DNA of 64,000 bases from Magallana gigas (lineage: Eukaryota), in assembly GCF_963853765.1 (NCBI RefSeq), contig NC_088857.1, forward strand, positions 56,730,001 through 56,794,000, written 5' to 3'. Both the position numbers and the translations under genes were made by a program. The notes beneath the pieces were generated by a model. The model did not search any database. It was not told the DNA's origin and was given only the letters and a program-made list of their open reading frames with translations. Positions 37,201-49,200 of this stretch are shown here, piece after piece (within the stretch, counting starts at the first letter, position 1; every line of letters starts with the position of its first letter).

Positions 37201-40200
37201 AATCCTATCCAAAAAGCTTTGAAAGGAGGCGCTGGAGGAAGGAGATTTTGGAGCTTAGTGGAATATTTTGCACACACTATATATTATATGTATATCTTAC
37301 AATTCGAAGTTGCATTTTATATATCAATCTCATTTTTTTAAAATTTAATTTTAGAATGACCTAGCTTCCTAGTTTTGTGAAAGGGATATAGTACTTTTTT
37401 AAAGACTTAATATATACATTGTTCGTTTCACAACTGCCCAATTCAGATACATGTATATCTATTTATATTCCTAAAGTTGGTCTTTTTCTTATATCTGATA
37501 CTCAATTGTGTAAAAAATTGAATTGCTTTGGATGCAGATTAGTTGATATCAATAATTTTTTTTTTCAAATGATTTCTTACTATTGTCTTAACAATTTTAA
37601 CTTGGATTCATATTGCTTGTGTAATAATTATTTCACACTAATGCAAGGTGTAACAGCAAACCACACAATCTTATACCCTGTGGGGAAAATTCATTTGACA
37701 GAAATCACTTTTAAACTTGATAAACTTAATTACAGGTGCAATTATGATTCAGCTCATGAATAACATCTAATAAGGTCACTGTATCCTAACAACTGTACTA
37801 CTGTGGAATCATTAGAACTTTAGGTGGCTCAATTTTGTGGGTATTTGTGGGAAGCCTGGTCTCTCCATGAATTCACATACTCAAAGAGAGTAAAGATCTA
37901 TCTCTGTTACTGAAACTGAAAACCGATGCATCCATAAATTACCCCCCCCCCCCCCCCCCCCACACACACACAAATAAGCAAAAAACCAAAAATTCAAGAA
38001 AATTGGCCTCAATAAATTAAAATGATTCCACTAAGTAAATTAAGCTCACATAAAAGATGTAATGCTTAGTCTGTACGTACAAATACTCTGTTGGATATCT
38101 GGCAGTTACACGTGAATCCCACAGGGTTCTCCACAACAGCGACCAAAGCATCGTCCCCACCCCTGCCCTCTTCATCATTGGCCACACCCCCAAACGGAAG
38201 TAGCGCGGTGGACTCTGTAACATTGTAACATGAGAGAGATGAAGACTAAGAGAGATGAAGTGTAAAGATTGTAACTAAACACAGTACAATATTGTTCAGT
38301 TATTCAGTGTTGCATAAACTTAAATAAAACGATAGATTGGCCCCTGGTACCCGGCCTTACTGACCTGCTGCAGGGAGAGTGGTCATTAAAGTTGTCAAAT
38401 CCGCAGTGACTCTGGATCCAGCGGTTGATGTGGTGATTCCTGATGTCAATGTTGTGCCAGGGGTCGATGTGGTGGTGTAACTGGTGGTTACCCCAGGGGT
38501 CACTGTAGTGGTGTCGCTGGTGGTGACCCCAGGGGTCAATGTAGTGGTGTCACTTGTAGTGAGCTTGGATGTTGTGGTGTCTGTTTCGGTGGTTTCAGAG
38601 TAAGATGTGGTGGTACTGCTTTCAGTGGTTCCTGCATAATGTTATTTTTATGTTTTAGTTGAATCCTAGGGTCAACAAATTAGTACAAAAGGGAAAAAGC
38701 AAAAGAATGTGAATATATAAGGAAAGGAAATGTACACTGGTTAAAGAAATGCATGGTTGAGAAGGTATTTTGTATTGTATAAACTTTTCAGTCCTTGGAA
38801 AAAATCAACCATGCTCTATGTCTAATTTTTAGGACCCCATATTTCATTAAAAAAAAGAGCATCTTCAGACAACAAGAAGAGATAGTAAGGATAATAATAA
38901 AAAAATCCCTCCAATATGAACTAGATTACAACAATGCTAGAAATGGTCTGAACTTAAATATTACATCAAGCATGACCAATGCCATTTTGAAAAAAAAAAT
39001 TAGAGGGAGGGGGTTGTGTTTTAATCAATTTCTCTATGTAATCATTGCAGCAGGTGAATGTTAAGTAGTTCCGACTTCTACACTCATGATCTATGTAAAA
39101 TGGTTTTCTGAAAAAGTAAGATGTGCCCAAACCCAAACCTTGTTACTCATTAGAAATTAATAGAAATAAAAGATAACCTGCGATAAACAAAATCAAAATA
39201 AACCAAATCAAATAATAAAATAAACTTTTTATTTCTCTAATCTTAATTATACCAGCTGCAGGTCTGCGGCTCTCGGTAAAAAAAAATTTGGATGGATGAC
39301 ATCAGGTCATCCTGTAGCTCCCAGTCTGAAAAAAATTTGAATGGACGACCTGAGGTTGTCCATCCAATTTTTTTTTCAGACCCAGAGCTACAGACCTGCA
39401 GCTAATCTTATACCAAGGATGCCATTTAGTATCTTTTCAGTACAGATATTTACTAAAGGGACAAAATATTATATCATACAATTTCGAGTATAGTTTACAA
39501 CAATACCTCGGATACTGAAATATTTCTTTGAAAAAGAGTTGGGTACGTTAGTTATAGCAAGCTGGTCTTATTAAATGCTTCCAAAATAAAGAGAGAAAAT
39601 ATGATTAACATCAAATCAGCAATGTTCATATATAATTGATATTCATTTGATAAGTTATCTTAAAAAATTCTTTGATTTTCATATATATGTGATTTACTGC
39701 ACAGATGTTGCAATGCAGTGCCTAAGTGAAACTATTTCATACCAATCTCAATCACAAAGTTAACGATTTCAATCTAGAAAATTAACATTTGCAAATTCAA
39801 TGAAAGAGGTAAAATTGTAAAAAGACATATTTCATAGCCAGACATATATTTCATGCTGTGAGCAAAATTCTAGACTAACATATGCCCAATAAATTTCAGG
39901 TCAAACTGTAAAAATATAAACAATATATGACTTAGGTTTATTAATAATTCTTGTTGGTTTAAATTTATGAACTTTTTATATGAATGAAAAATCCTGCGGA
40001 CTTTTTCAGCATTCTATAAGTACCTAAGATAACTGTAGTACTAGCTTGGGCAATGGTAGTTATCAGGCCAGCAGTGGTAGTCTCACTAGTGGAAGACTCC
40101 GTGCTGCCTACTGTGGTGGTGGTTGCGTCTGGCACAGTAGTTGAAGAAGTGAGTCCAGAGGTGGATGTGGTAGCCTTACTTGTAGTAGTTTCAGCTGTAT

Positions 40201-43200
40201 TTGTTGTGGTATCTGCAGCTGTTATGCTTGTGGCCTCAGTAGCGCTCGTGGTACTTGCTTCAGTTGTGGTACTGCTTTGTTCACCAGTGATTGTCTTGCC
40301 AGCAGTGGTAGTCTCGCTAGTGGACGACTCTGTGCTACCTTCTGTGGTGGTTGTTGCATCTGGCACAATAGTTGAAGTGAGTACAGAGGTGGATGTGCTA
40401 GCCTCACTTGTAGTACTTTCAGCGGTTGTTGTTGTGGTATCTGTAGCTGTTGTGCTTGTGGCTTCAGTAGCGCTTGAGGAACTTACTTCATTTGCAGTAC
40501 TACTTTGTGCACCGGTGGTTGTCAGATCAGTAGCGGTTGTCTCGGTAATGGACGACTCCATGCTACCTTCTTTTGTGGTGGTTGCATCTGGCACAGAAGT
40601 TGACGAAGTGAGTCCAGAGGTGGATGTGCTAGCCTCACTTGAAGTAGTTTCAGTTGTTGTTATTGTGGCGACTGCAGGTGTTGTGCTTGTGGCTTCACTA
40701 GTGCTCGTTGTAGTTGCTTCAGTTGCGGCAGTGCTTTGTACATTGGTAGTGTCCATGCCTGCAGTAGTAGTTTCACTCGTGGATGACTCTTTGCTGTCTG
40801 GTGTGAATGTGGTTGCGTCTGGCTCAGAAGTTGAAGAGGTGATTCCAGAGGCGGATGTGCTAGCCTCAATTGTAGTAGTTTCAGCTGTTGTTGTGGCGAC
40901 TGCTTTTGTTCGGCTAGTGGCCTCAGTTGTGTTCGTGGTACTTGGTTCAGTTGCAGTACTGCTTTGTTCACCAGTGATTGTCTTGCCAGCAGTGGAAGTC
41001 TCGCTAGTGGACGTCTCTTTGCTACCTTCTGTGGTGGTGGTTGCGTCTGGCACAGAAGTTGAAGTGAGTACAGAGGTGGATGTGCTAGCCTCACTTGTAG
41101 CAATTTCAGCTGTTGTTGTTTTGGAGACTGTAGGTGTTGGGCTTGTGGCCTCAGTAGCGCTCGTTGTAGTTGCTTCAGTTGCGGTAGTACTTTGTACATT
41201 GGTAGGGTGCATGCCAGCAGTAGTAGTCTCGCTGGTAGAGGACTCAGTGTTGCCTATTGTGGTGGTGGTAGCGTCTAGCACAGAAGTTGAAGACGTGAGT
41301 CCAGTGGTGAATGTGCTAGCCTCACTTGTATTAGTTTCAGCTGTTGTTGTTGTGGCGACTGCAGCTGTTGGGATTGTGGCATCAGTAGTGTTTGTGGTAC
41401 TTGCTTCAGTTGCAGTACTGCTTTGTTCAGCAGTTGTTGTCTTGCCAGTAATGGTAGTCTCGCTAGTGGACGACTCCGTGCCACCCTCTGTGGTGGTGGA
41501 TGCGTCTGGCACATTAGTTGAAGTGAGTCCAGAGAACGATGTGCTAGCATCAGTTATTGTAGTTTCAGCGGTTGTTGTTGTGGCTTCTGTATCTGTTGTA
41601 TTTGTGGTTTCACTAGCGGTCGTAATACTTGCTTCAATCGTAGTACTGCTTTGTGCACCGGTAGTGTTCACGCCAGCAGTGGTAGTCTCACCAGTGAACG
41701 ACTCTGTGCTGCCTGCTGTGTGGGTGGTTGCACCTGGCTCAGAAGTTGAAGAAGTAAGTCCAGTGGTGAATGTGCTAGCCTCACTTGTAGCAATTTCAGC
41801 TGTTGTTGTTGTGGCAACTGCATCTGTTTGGCCTGTGGCCTCAGTAGTGTTCGGGGTACTTGCTTCAGTTGCAGTACTGCTTTGTTCAGCAGTTGTTGTC
41901 TTGCCAGCAATGGTAGTCTTGCTAGTGGATGACTCTGTGCTACCCTCTCTGGTGGTGGTTGCGTCTGGCACATTAGTTGAAGTGTGTCCAGAAGTGGATG
42001 TGCTAATCTCATTTGTAGTAGTTTCAGTGGTTGTTGTTGTGGCTTCTGTAGCTGTTGTGTTTGTGGTTTCAGTAGCGCTCGTAATACTTGCTTCAGTTGC
42101 GGTACTGCTTTTGGCACCGGTAGTATTCAGGCCAGCAGTGGTAGTCTCACTAGTGGACGACTCTATGCTGCTTGCTGTGTTGGTGGTTGCGTCTGGAACA
42201 GAAGTTGAAGAGGTGATTCCAGTGGTGAATGTGCTAGCCTCACTTGAAGAACTTTTAGCTGTTGTTGTTTTGGAGACTGTAGGTGTTGGGCTTGTGGCCT
42301 CAGTAGTGTTCGTGGTACTTGCTTCAGTTGCAGTACTGCTTTGTTCACCAGTGATTGTCTTGCCAGCAGTGGAAGTCTCGCTAGTGGACGACTTTGTGCT
42401 ACCTTCTGTGGTGGTGGTTGCGTCTGGCACAGAAGTTGAAGTGAGTACAGAGGTGGATGTGCTAGCCTCACTTGTAGTAGTTTCAGCGGTTGTTGTTGTA
42501 TCTTCTGTAGCTGTTGTATTTGTGGCTTCAGTAGCGCTCGTAATTCTTGCTTCAATCGTAGTACTGCTTTGTGCACCGGTAGTATTCAGGCCAACAGTGA
42601 TAGTCTCACCAGTGGACAACTCTGGGCTGCCTGTTCTGTTGGTGGTTGCGTCTGGCACAGAAGTTGAAGACGTGAGTCCAGTGGTGAATGTGATAGCCTC
42701 ACTTGTAGCAATTTCAGCTGTTGTTGTTTTGGAGACTGTAGGTGTTGGGCTTGTGACCTCAGTAGCGCTCGTTGTAGTTGCTTCAGTTGCGGTAGTACTT
42801 TGTACATTGGTAGGGTGTATGCCAGCAGTAGTAGTCTCGCTGGTAGAAGACTCAGTGTTGCCTATTGTGGTGGTGGTAGTGTCTAGCAGATCTAGAGTAG
42901 TTGAAGAAGTGAGTGCAGAGGCGGATGTGCTAGCCTCACTTGTATTAGTTTCAGCTGTTGTTGTGTCAACTGCAGCTGTTGGGATTGTGGCCTCAGTAGT
43001 GTTTGTGGTACTTGCTTCAGTTGCAGTACTGCTTTGTTCAGCAGTTGTTGTCTTGCCAGTAATGGTAGTCTCGCTAGTGGACGACTCCGTGCTACCCTCT
43101 GTGGTGGTGGATACGTCTGGCACATTAGTTGAAAAGAGTCCAGAGACGGATGTGCTAGCATCAGTTATTGTAGTTTCAGCGGTTGTTGTTGTGGCTTCTG

Positions 43201-46200
43201 TATCTGTTGTATTTGTGGTTTCACTAGCGGTCGTAATACTTGCTTCAGTCGTAGTACTGCTTTGTGCACCGGTAGTGTTCACGCCAGCAGTGGTAGTCTC
43301 ACCAGTGAACGACTCTGTGCTGCCTGCTGTGTGGGTGGTTGCGCCTGTCACAGAAGTTGAAGAAGTAAGTCCAGTGGTGAATGTGCTAGCCTCACTTGTA
43401 GCAATTTCAGCTGTTGTTGTTGTGGCGACTGCATCTGTTTGGCCTGTGGCCTCAGTAGTGTTCGGGGTACTTGCTTCAGTTGCAGTACTGCTTTGTTCAG
43501 CAGTTGTTGTCTTGCCAGCAATGGTAGTCTCGCTAATGGATGACTCTCTGCTACCCTCTCTGGTGGTGGTTGCGTCTGGCACATTAGTTGAAGTGAGTCC
43601 AGAGGTGGATGTGCTAACCTCATTTGTAGTAGTTTCAGTTGTTGTTGTTGTGGCTTCTGTAGCTGTTGTGTTTGTGGTTTCAGTAGTGCTCGTAATACTT
43701 GCTTCAGTTGCGGTACTGCTTTTGGCACCGGTAGTATTCAGGCCAGCAGTGGTAATCTCACTAGTGGACGACTCTGTGCTGCTTGCTGTGTTGGTGATTG
43801 CGTCTGGAACAGAAATTGAAGACGTGAGTCCAGTGGTGAATGTGCTAGCCTCACTTGAAGAACTTTTAGCTGTTGTTGTTTTGGAGACTGTAGGTGTTGG
43901 GCTTGTGGCCTCAGTAGTGTTCGTGGTACTTGCTTCAGTTGCAGTACTGCTTTGTTCAGCAGTTGTTGTCTTGCCAGCAATGGTAGTCTCGCTAGTGGGC
44001 GACTCCGTGCTACCCTCTGTGGTGGTGGTTGCGACTGGCACATTAGTTGAAGTGAATACAGAGGTGGAAGTGGATGTGCTAGCCTCACTTGTAGTAGTTT
44101 CAGTGGTTGTTGTTGTGGCTTCTGTAGCTGTTGTATTTGTGGCCTCAGTAGCGTTCGTAATAATTGCTTCAAGCGTAGTACTGCTTTGTGCACCGGTAGT
44201 ATTCAGGCCAGCAGTGGTAGTCTCACCAGTGGACGACTCTGTGCTGCCTGCTGTGTTGGTGGTTGTGTCTGGCACAGAAGTTGAAGAAGTGAGCCCAGAG
44301 GTGAATGTGCTAGCCTCACTTGTAGCAATTTCAGCTGTTGTTGTTTTGGAGACTGTAGGTGTTGTGCTTGTGGGCTCAGTAGTGTTCGTGGTACTTGCTT
44401 CAGTTGCAGTACTGCTTTGTTCAGCAGTTGTTGTCTTGCCAGCAATGGTAGTCTCGCTAGTGGACGACTCTGTGCTACCCTCTGTGGTGGTGGTTGTGAC
44501 TGGCACATTAGTTGAAGTTAGTACAGAAGTGGATGTGCTAGCCTCACTTGTAGTAGTTTCAGCGGTTGTTGTTGTGGCTTCTGTAGCTGTTGTGTTTGTG
44601 ATTTCAGTAGTACTCATAATACTTGCTTCAGTTGCGGTACTGCTTTGTGCATCGGTAGTATTCAGGCCAGTAGTGGTAATCTCACCAGTGGACGACTCTG
44701 TGCTGCCTGCTGTATTGGTGGATGCGTCTGGCACAGAAGTTGAAGAAGTGAGTCCAGTGGTGAATGTGCTAGCCTCACTTGTAGCAATTTCAGCTGTTGT
44801 TGTTTTGGAGACTGTAGGTGTTGGGCTTGTGGCCTCAGTAGCGCTCGTTGTAGTTGCTTCAGTTGCGGTAGTGCTTTGTACATTGGTAGGGTGCATGCCA
44901 GCAGTAGTAGTCTCGCTGGTAGAGGACTCAGTGTTGCCTATTGTGGTGGTGGTAGCGTTTAGTACAGAAGTTGAAGACGTGAGTCCAGTGGTGAATGTGC
45001 TAGCTTCACTTGTAGAACTTTTAGCTGTTGTTGTTTTGGAGACTGTAGGTGTTGTGCTTGTGGCCTCAGTAGTGTTCGTGGTACTTGCTTCAGTTGCAGT
45101 ACTGCTTTGTTCAGCAGTTGTTGTCTTGCCAGCAATGGTAGTCTCGCTAGTGGGCGACTCTGTGCTACCCTCTGTGGTGGTGGTTGTGACTGGCACATTA
45201 GTTGAAGTTAGTACAGAGGTTGATGTGGATGTACTAGCCTCACTTGTAGTAGTTTCAGTGGTTGTTGTTGTGGTTTCTGTAGCTGTTGTTTTTGTGGCCT
45301 CAGTAGCGTTCGTAATACTTGCTTCAAGCGTAGTACTGCTTTGTGCACCGGTAGTATTCAGGCCAGCAGTGGTAGTCTCACCAGTGGACGACTTTGTGCT
45401 GCCTGCTGTGTTGGTGGTTGTGTCTGGCACAGAAGTTGAAGAAGTGAGCCCAGAGGTGAATGTGCTAGCCTCACTTGTAGCAATTTCAGCTGTTGTTGTT
45501 GTGGCGACTGCATCTGTTGGGCTTGTGGGCTCAGTAGTGTTCGTGGTACTTGCTGCAGTTGCAGTACTGCTTTGTTCAGCAGTTGTTGTCTTGCCAGCAA
45601 TGATAGTCTCGCTAGTGGACGACTCTGTGCTACCCTCTGTGGTGGTGGTTGTGACTGGCACATTAGTTGAAGTTAGTACAGAGGTGGATGTGCTAGCCTC
45701 ACTTGTAGTAGTTTCAGCGGTTGTTGTTGTGGTTTCTGTAGCTGTTGTGTTTGTGACTTCAGTAGTACTCGTAATACTTGCTTCAGTTGCGGTACTGCTT
45801 TGTGCATCGGTAGTATTCAGGCCAGTAGTGGTAATCTCACCAGTGGACGACTCTGTGCTGCCTGCTGTATTGGTGGATGCGTCTAGCACAGAAGTTGAAG
45901 AAGTGAGTCCAGTGGTGAATGTGCTAGCCTCACTTGTAGCAATTTCAGCTGTTGTTGTTTTGGAGACTGTAGGTGTTGGGCTTGTGGCCTCAGTAGCGCT
46001 CGTTGTAGTTGCTTCAGTTGCGGTAGTGCTTTGTACATTGGTAGGGTGCATGCCAGCAGTAGTAGTCTCGCTGGTAGAGGACTCAGTGTTGCCTATTGTG
46101 GTGGTGGTAGCGTCTATCAGAGTAGTTGAAGAAGTAAGTGCAGAGGCGGATGTGCTAGCCTCACTTGTATTAGTTTCAGCTGTTGTTGTTGTGGCGACTG

Positions 46201-49200
46201 CAGCTGTTGGGCTTGTGGCCTCAGTAGTGTTCGTGGTACTTGCTTCAGTTGCAGTACTGCTTTGTTCAGCAGTTGTTGTCTTGCCAGTAATGGTAATCTC
46301 GCTAGTGGGCGACTCCGTGGCACCCTTTGTGGTGGTGGATGCGTCTGGCACATTAGTTGAAGTAAGTCCAGAGACGGATGTGCTAGCCTCAGTTATTGTA
46401 GTTTCAGCGGTGGTTGTTGTGGCTTCTGTAGCTGTTGTATTTGTGGTTTCACTAGCGGTCGTAATACTTGCTTCAATCGTAGTACTGCTTTGTGCACTGG
46501 TAGTGTTCACGCCAGCAGTGGTAGTCTTACCAGTGAACGACTCTGTGCTGCCTGCTGTGTTGGTGGTTGCACCTGGCACAGAAGTTGAAGAAGTAAGTCC
46601 AGTGGTGAATGTGCTAGCCTCACTTGTAGCAATTTCAGCTGTTGTTGTTGTGGCGACTGCATCTGTTTGGGATGTGGCCTCAGTAGTGTTCGTGATACTT
46701 GCTTCAGTTGCAGTACTGCTTTGTTCAGCAGTTGTTGTCTTGCCAGCAATGGTAGTATTGCTAGTGGACGACTCGTTGCTACCCTCTGTGGTGGTGGTTG
46801 CATCTGGCACATTAGTTGAAGTGAGTCCAGAGGTTGATGTGCTAACCTCTTTTGTAGTAGATTCAGTGGTTATTGTTGTGGCTTCTGTAGCTGTTTTGTT
46901 TGTGGTTTCAGTAGTGCTCGTAATACTTGCTTCAAGCGTAGTACTGCTTTGTGCATCGGTAGTATTCAGGCCAGTAGTGGTAATCTCACCAGTGGACGAC
47001 TCTGTGCTGCCTGCTGTATTGGTGGATGCGTCTGGCACAGAAGTTGAAGAAGTGAGTCCAGTGGTGAATGTGCTAGCCTCACTTGTAGCAATTTCAGCTG
47101 TTGTTGTTTTGGAGACTGTAGGTGTTGGGCTTGTGGCCTCAGTGGCGCTCGTTGTAGTTGCTTCAGTTGCGGTAGTGCTTTGTACATTGGTAGGGTGCAT
47201 GCCAGCAGTAGTAGTCTCGCTGGTAGAGGACTCAGTGTTGCCTATTGTGGTGGTGGTAGCGTTTAGCACAGAAGTTGAAGACGTGAGTCCAGTGGTGAAT
47301 GTGCTAGCCTCACTTGTAGAACTTTTAGCTGTTGTTGTTTTGGAGACTGTAGGTGTTGTGCTTGTGGCCTCAGTAGTGTTCGTGGTACTTGCTTCAGTTG
47401 CAGTACTGCTTTGTTCAGCAGTTGTTGTCTTGCCAGCAATGGTAGTCTCGCTAGTGGGCGACTCCGTGCTACCCTCTGTGGTGGTGGTTGTGACTGGCAC
47501 ATTAGTTGAAGTTAGTACAGAGGTTGATGTGGATATACTAGCCTCACTTGTAGTAGTTTCAGTGGTTGTTGTTGTGGCTTCTGTAGCTGTTGTTTTTGTG
47601 GCCTCAGTAGCGTTCGTAATACTTGCTTCAAGCGTGGTACTGCTTTGTGCACCGGTAGTATTCAGGCCAGCAGTGGTAGTCTCACCAGTGGACGACTTTG
47701 TGCTGCCTGCTGTGTTGGTGGTTGTGTCTGGCACAGAAGTTGAAGAAGTGAGCCCAGAGGTGAATGTGCTAGCCTCACTTGTAGCAATTTCAGCTGTTGT
47801 TGTTGTGGCGACTGCATCTGTTGGGCTTGTGGGCTCAGTAGTGTTCGTGGTACTTGCTTCAGTTGCAGTACTGCTTTGTTCAACAGTTGTTGTCTTGCCA
47901 GCAATGGTAGTCTCGCTAGTGGACGACTCCGTGCTACCCTCTGTGGTGGTGGTTGTGACTGGCACATTAGTTGAAGTTAGTACAGAGGTGGATGTGCTAG
48001 CCTCACTTGTAGTAGTTTCAGCGGTTGTTGTTGTGGTTTCTGTAGCTGTTGTGTTTGTGACTTCAGTAGTACTCGTAATACTTGCTTCAGTTGCGGTACT
48101 GCTTTGTGCATCGGTAGTATTCAGGCCAGTAGTGGTAATCTCACCAGTGGACGACTCTGTGCTGCCTGCTGTATTGGTGGATGCGTCTAGCACAGAAGTT
48201 GAAGAAGTGAGTCCAGTGGTGAATGTGCTAGCCTCACTTGTAGCAATTTCAGCTGTTGTTGTTTTGGAGACTGTAGGTGTTGGGCTTGTGGCCTCAGTAG
48301 CGCTCGTTATAGTTGCTTCAGTTGCGGTAGTGCTTTGTACATTGGTAGGGTGCATGCCAGCAGTAGTAGTCTCGCTGGTAGAGGACTCAGTGTTGCCTAT
48401 TGTGGTGGTGGTAGCGTCTATCAGAGTAGTTGAAGAAGTGAGTGCAGAGGCGGATGTGCTAGTCTCACTTGTATTAGTTTCAGCTGTTGTTGTTGTGGCG
48501 ACTGCAGCTGTTGGGCTTGTGGCCTCAGTAGTGTTCGTGGTACTTGCTTCAGTTGCAGTACTGCTTTGTTCAGCAGTTGTTGTCTTGCCAGTAATGGTAG
48601 TCTCGCTAGTGGACGACTCTGTGGCACCCTTTGTGGTGGTGGATGCGTCTGGCACATTAGTTGAAGTGAGTCCAGAGACGGATGTGCTAGCCTCAGTTCT
48701 TGCAGTTTCAGCGGTGGTTGTTGTGGCTTCTGTAGCTGTTGTATCTGTGGTTTCACTAGCGGTCGTAATACTTGCTTCAATCGTAGTACTGCTTTGTGCA
48801 CTGGTAGTGTTCACGCCAGCAGTGGTAGTCTTACCAGTGAACGACTCTGTGCTGCCTGCTGTGTTGGTGGTTGCACCTGGCACAGAAGTTGAAGAAGTAA
48901 CTCCAGTGGTGAATGTGCTAGCCTCACTTGTAGCAATTTCAGCTGTTGTTGTTGTGGCGACTGCATCTGTTTGGGCTGTGGCCTCAGTAGTGTTCGTGAT
49001 ACTTGCTTCAGTTGCAGTACTGCTGTGTTCAGCAGTTGTTGTCTTGCCATCAATGGTAGTATTGCTAGTGGACGACTCGTTGCTACCCTCTGTGGTGGTG
49101 GTTGCATCTGGCACATTAGTTGAAGTGAGTCCAGAGGTTGATGTGCTAACCTCTTTTGTAGTAGATTCAGTGGTTGTTGTTGTGGCTTCTGTAGCTGTTT

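Noticed and set aside
38017-38223. [18 protein letters not shown]...
   Set aside because: Wrong frame. The NIDO start [10 protein letters not shown] is in another frame of the same exon.
38355-38362. gtaagg donor at 38360 for the linker exon
   Set aside because: It gives phase 2, while the next exon needs phase 1, which the gtcagt donor at 38364 supplies.
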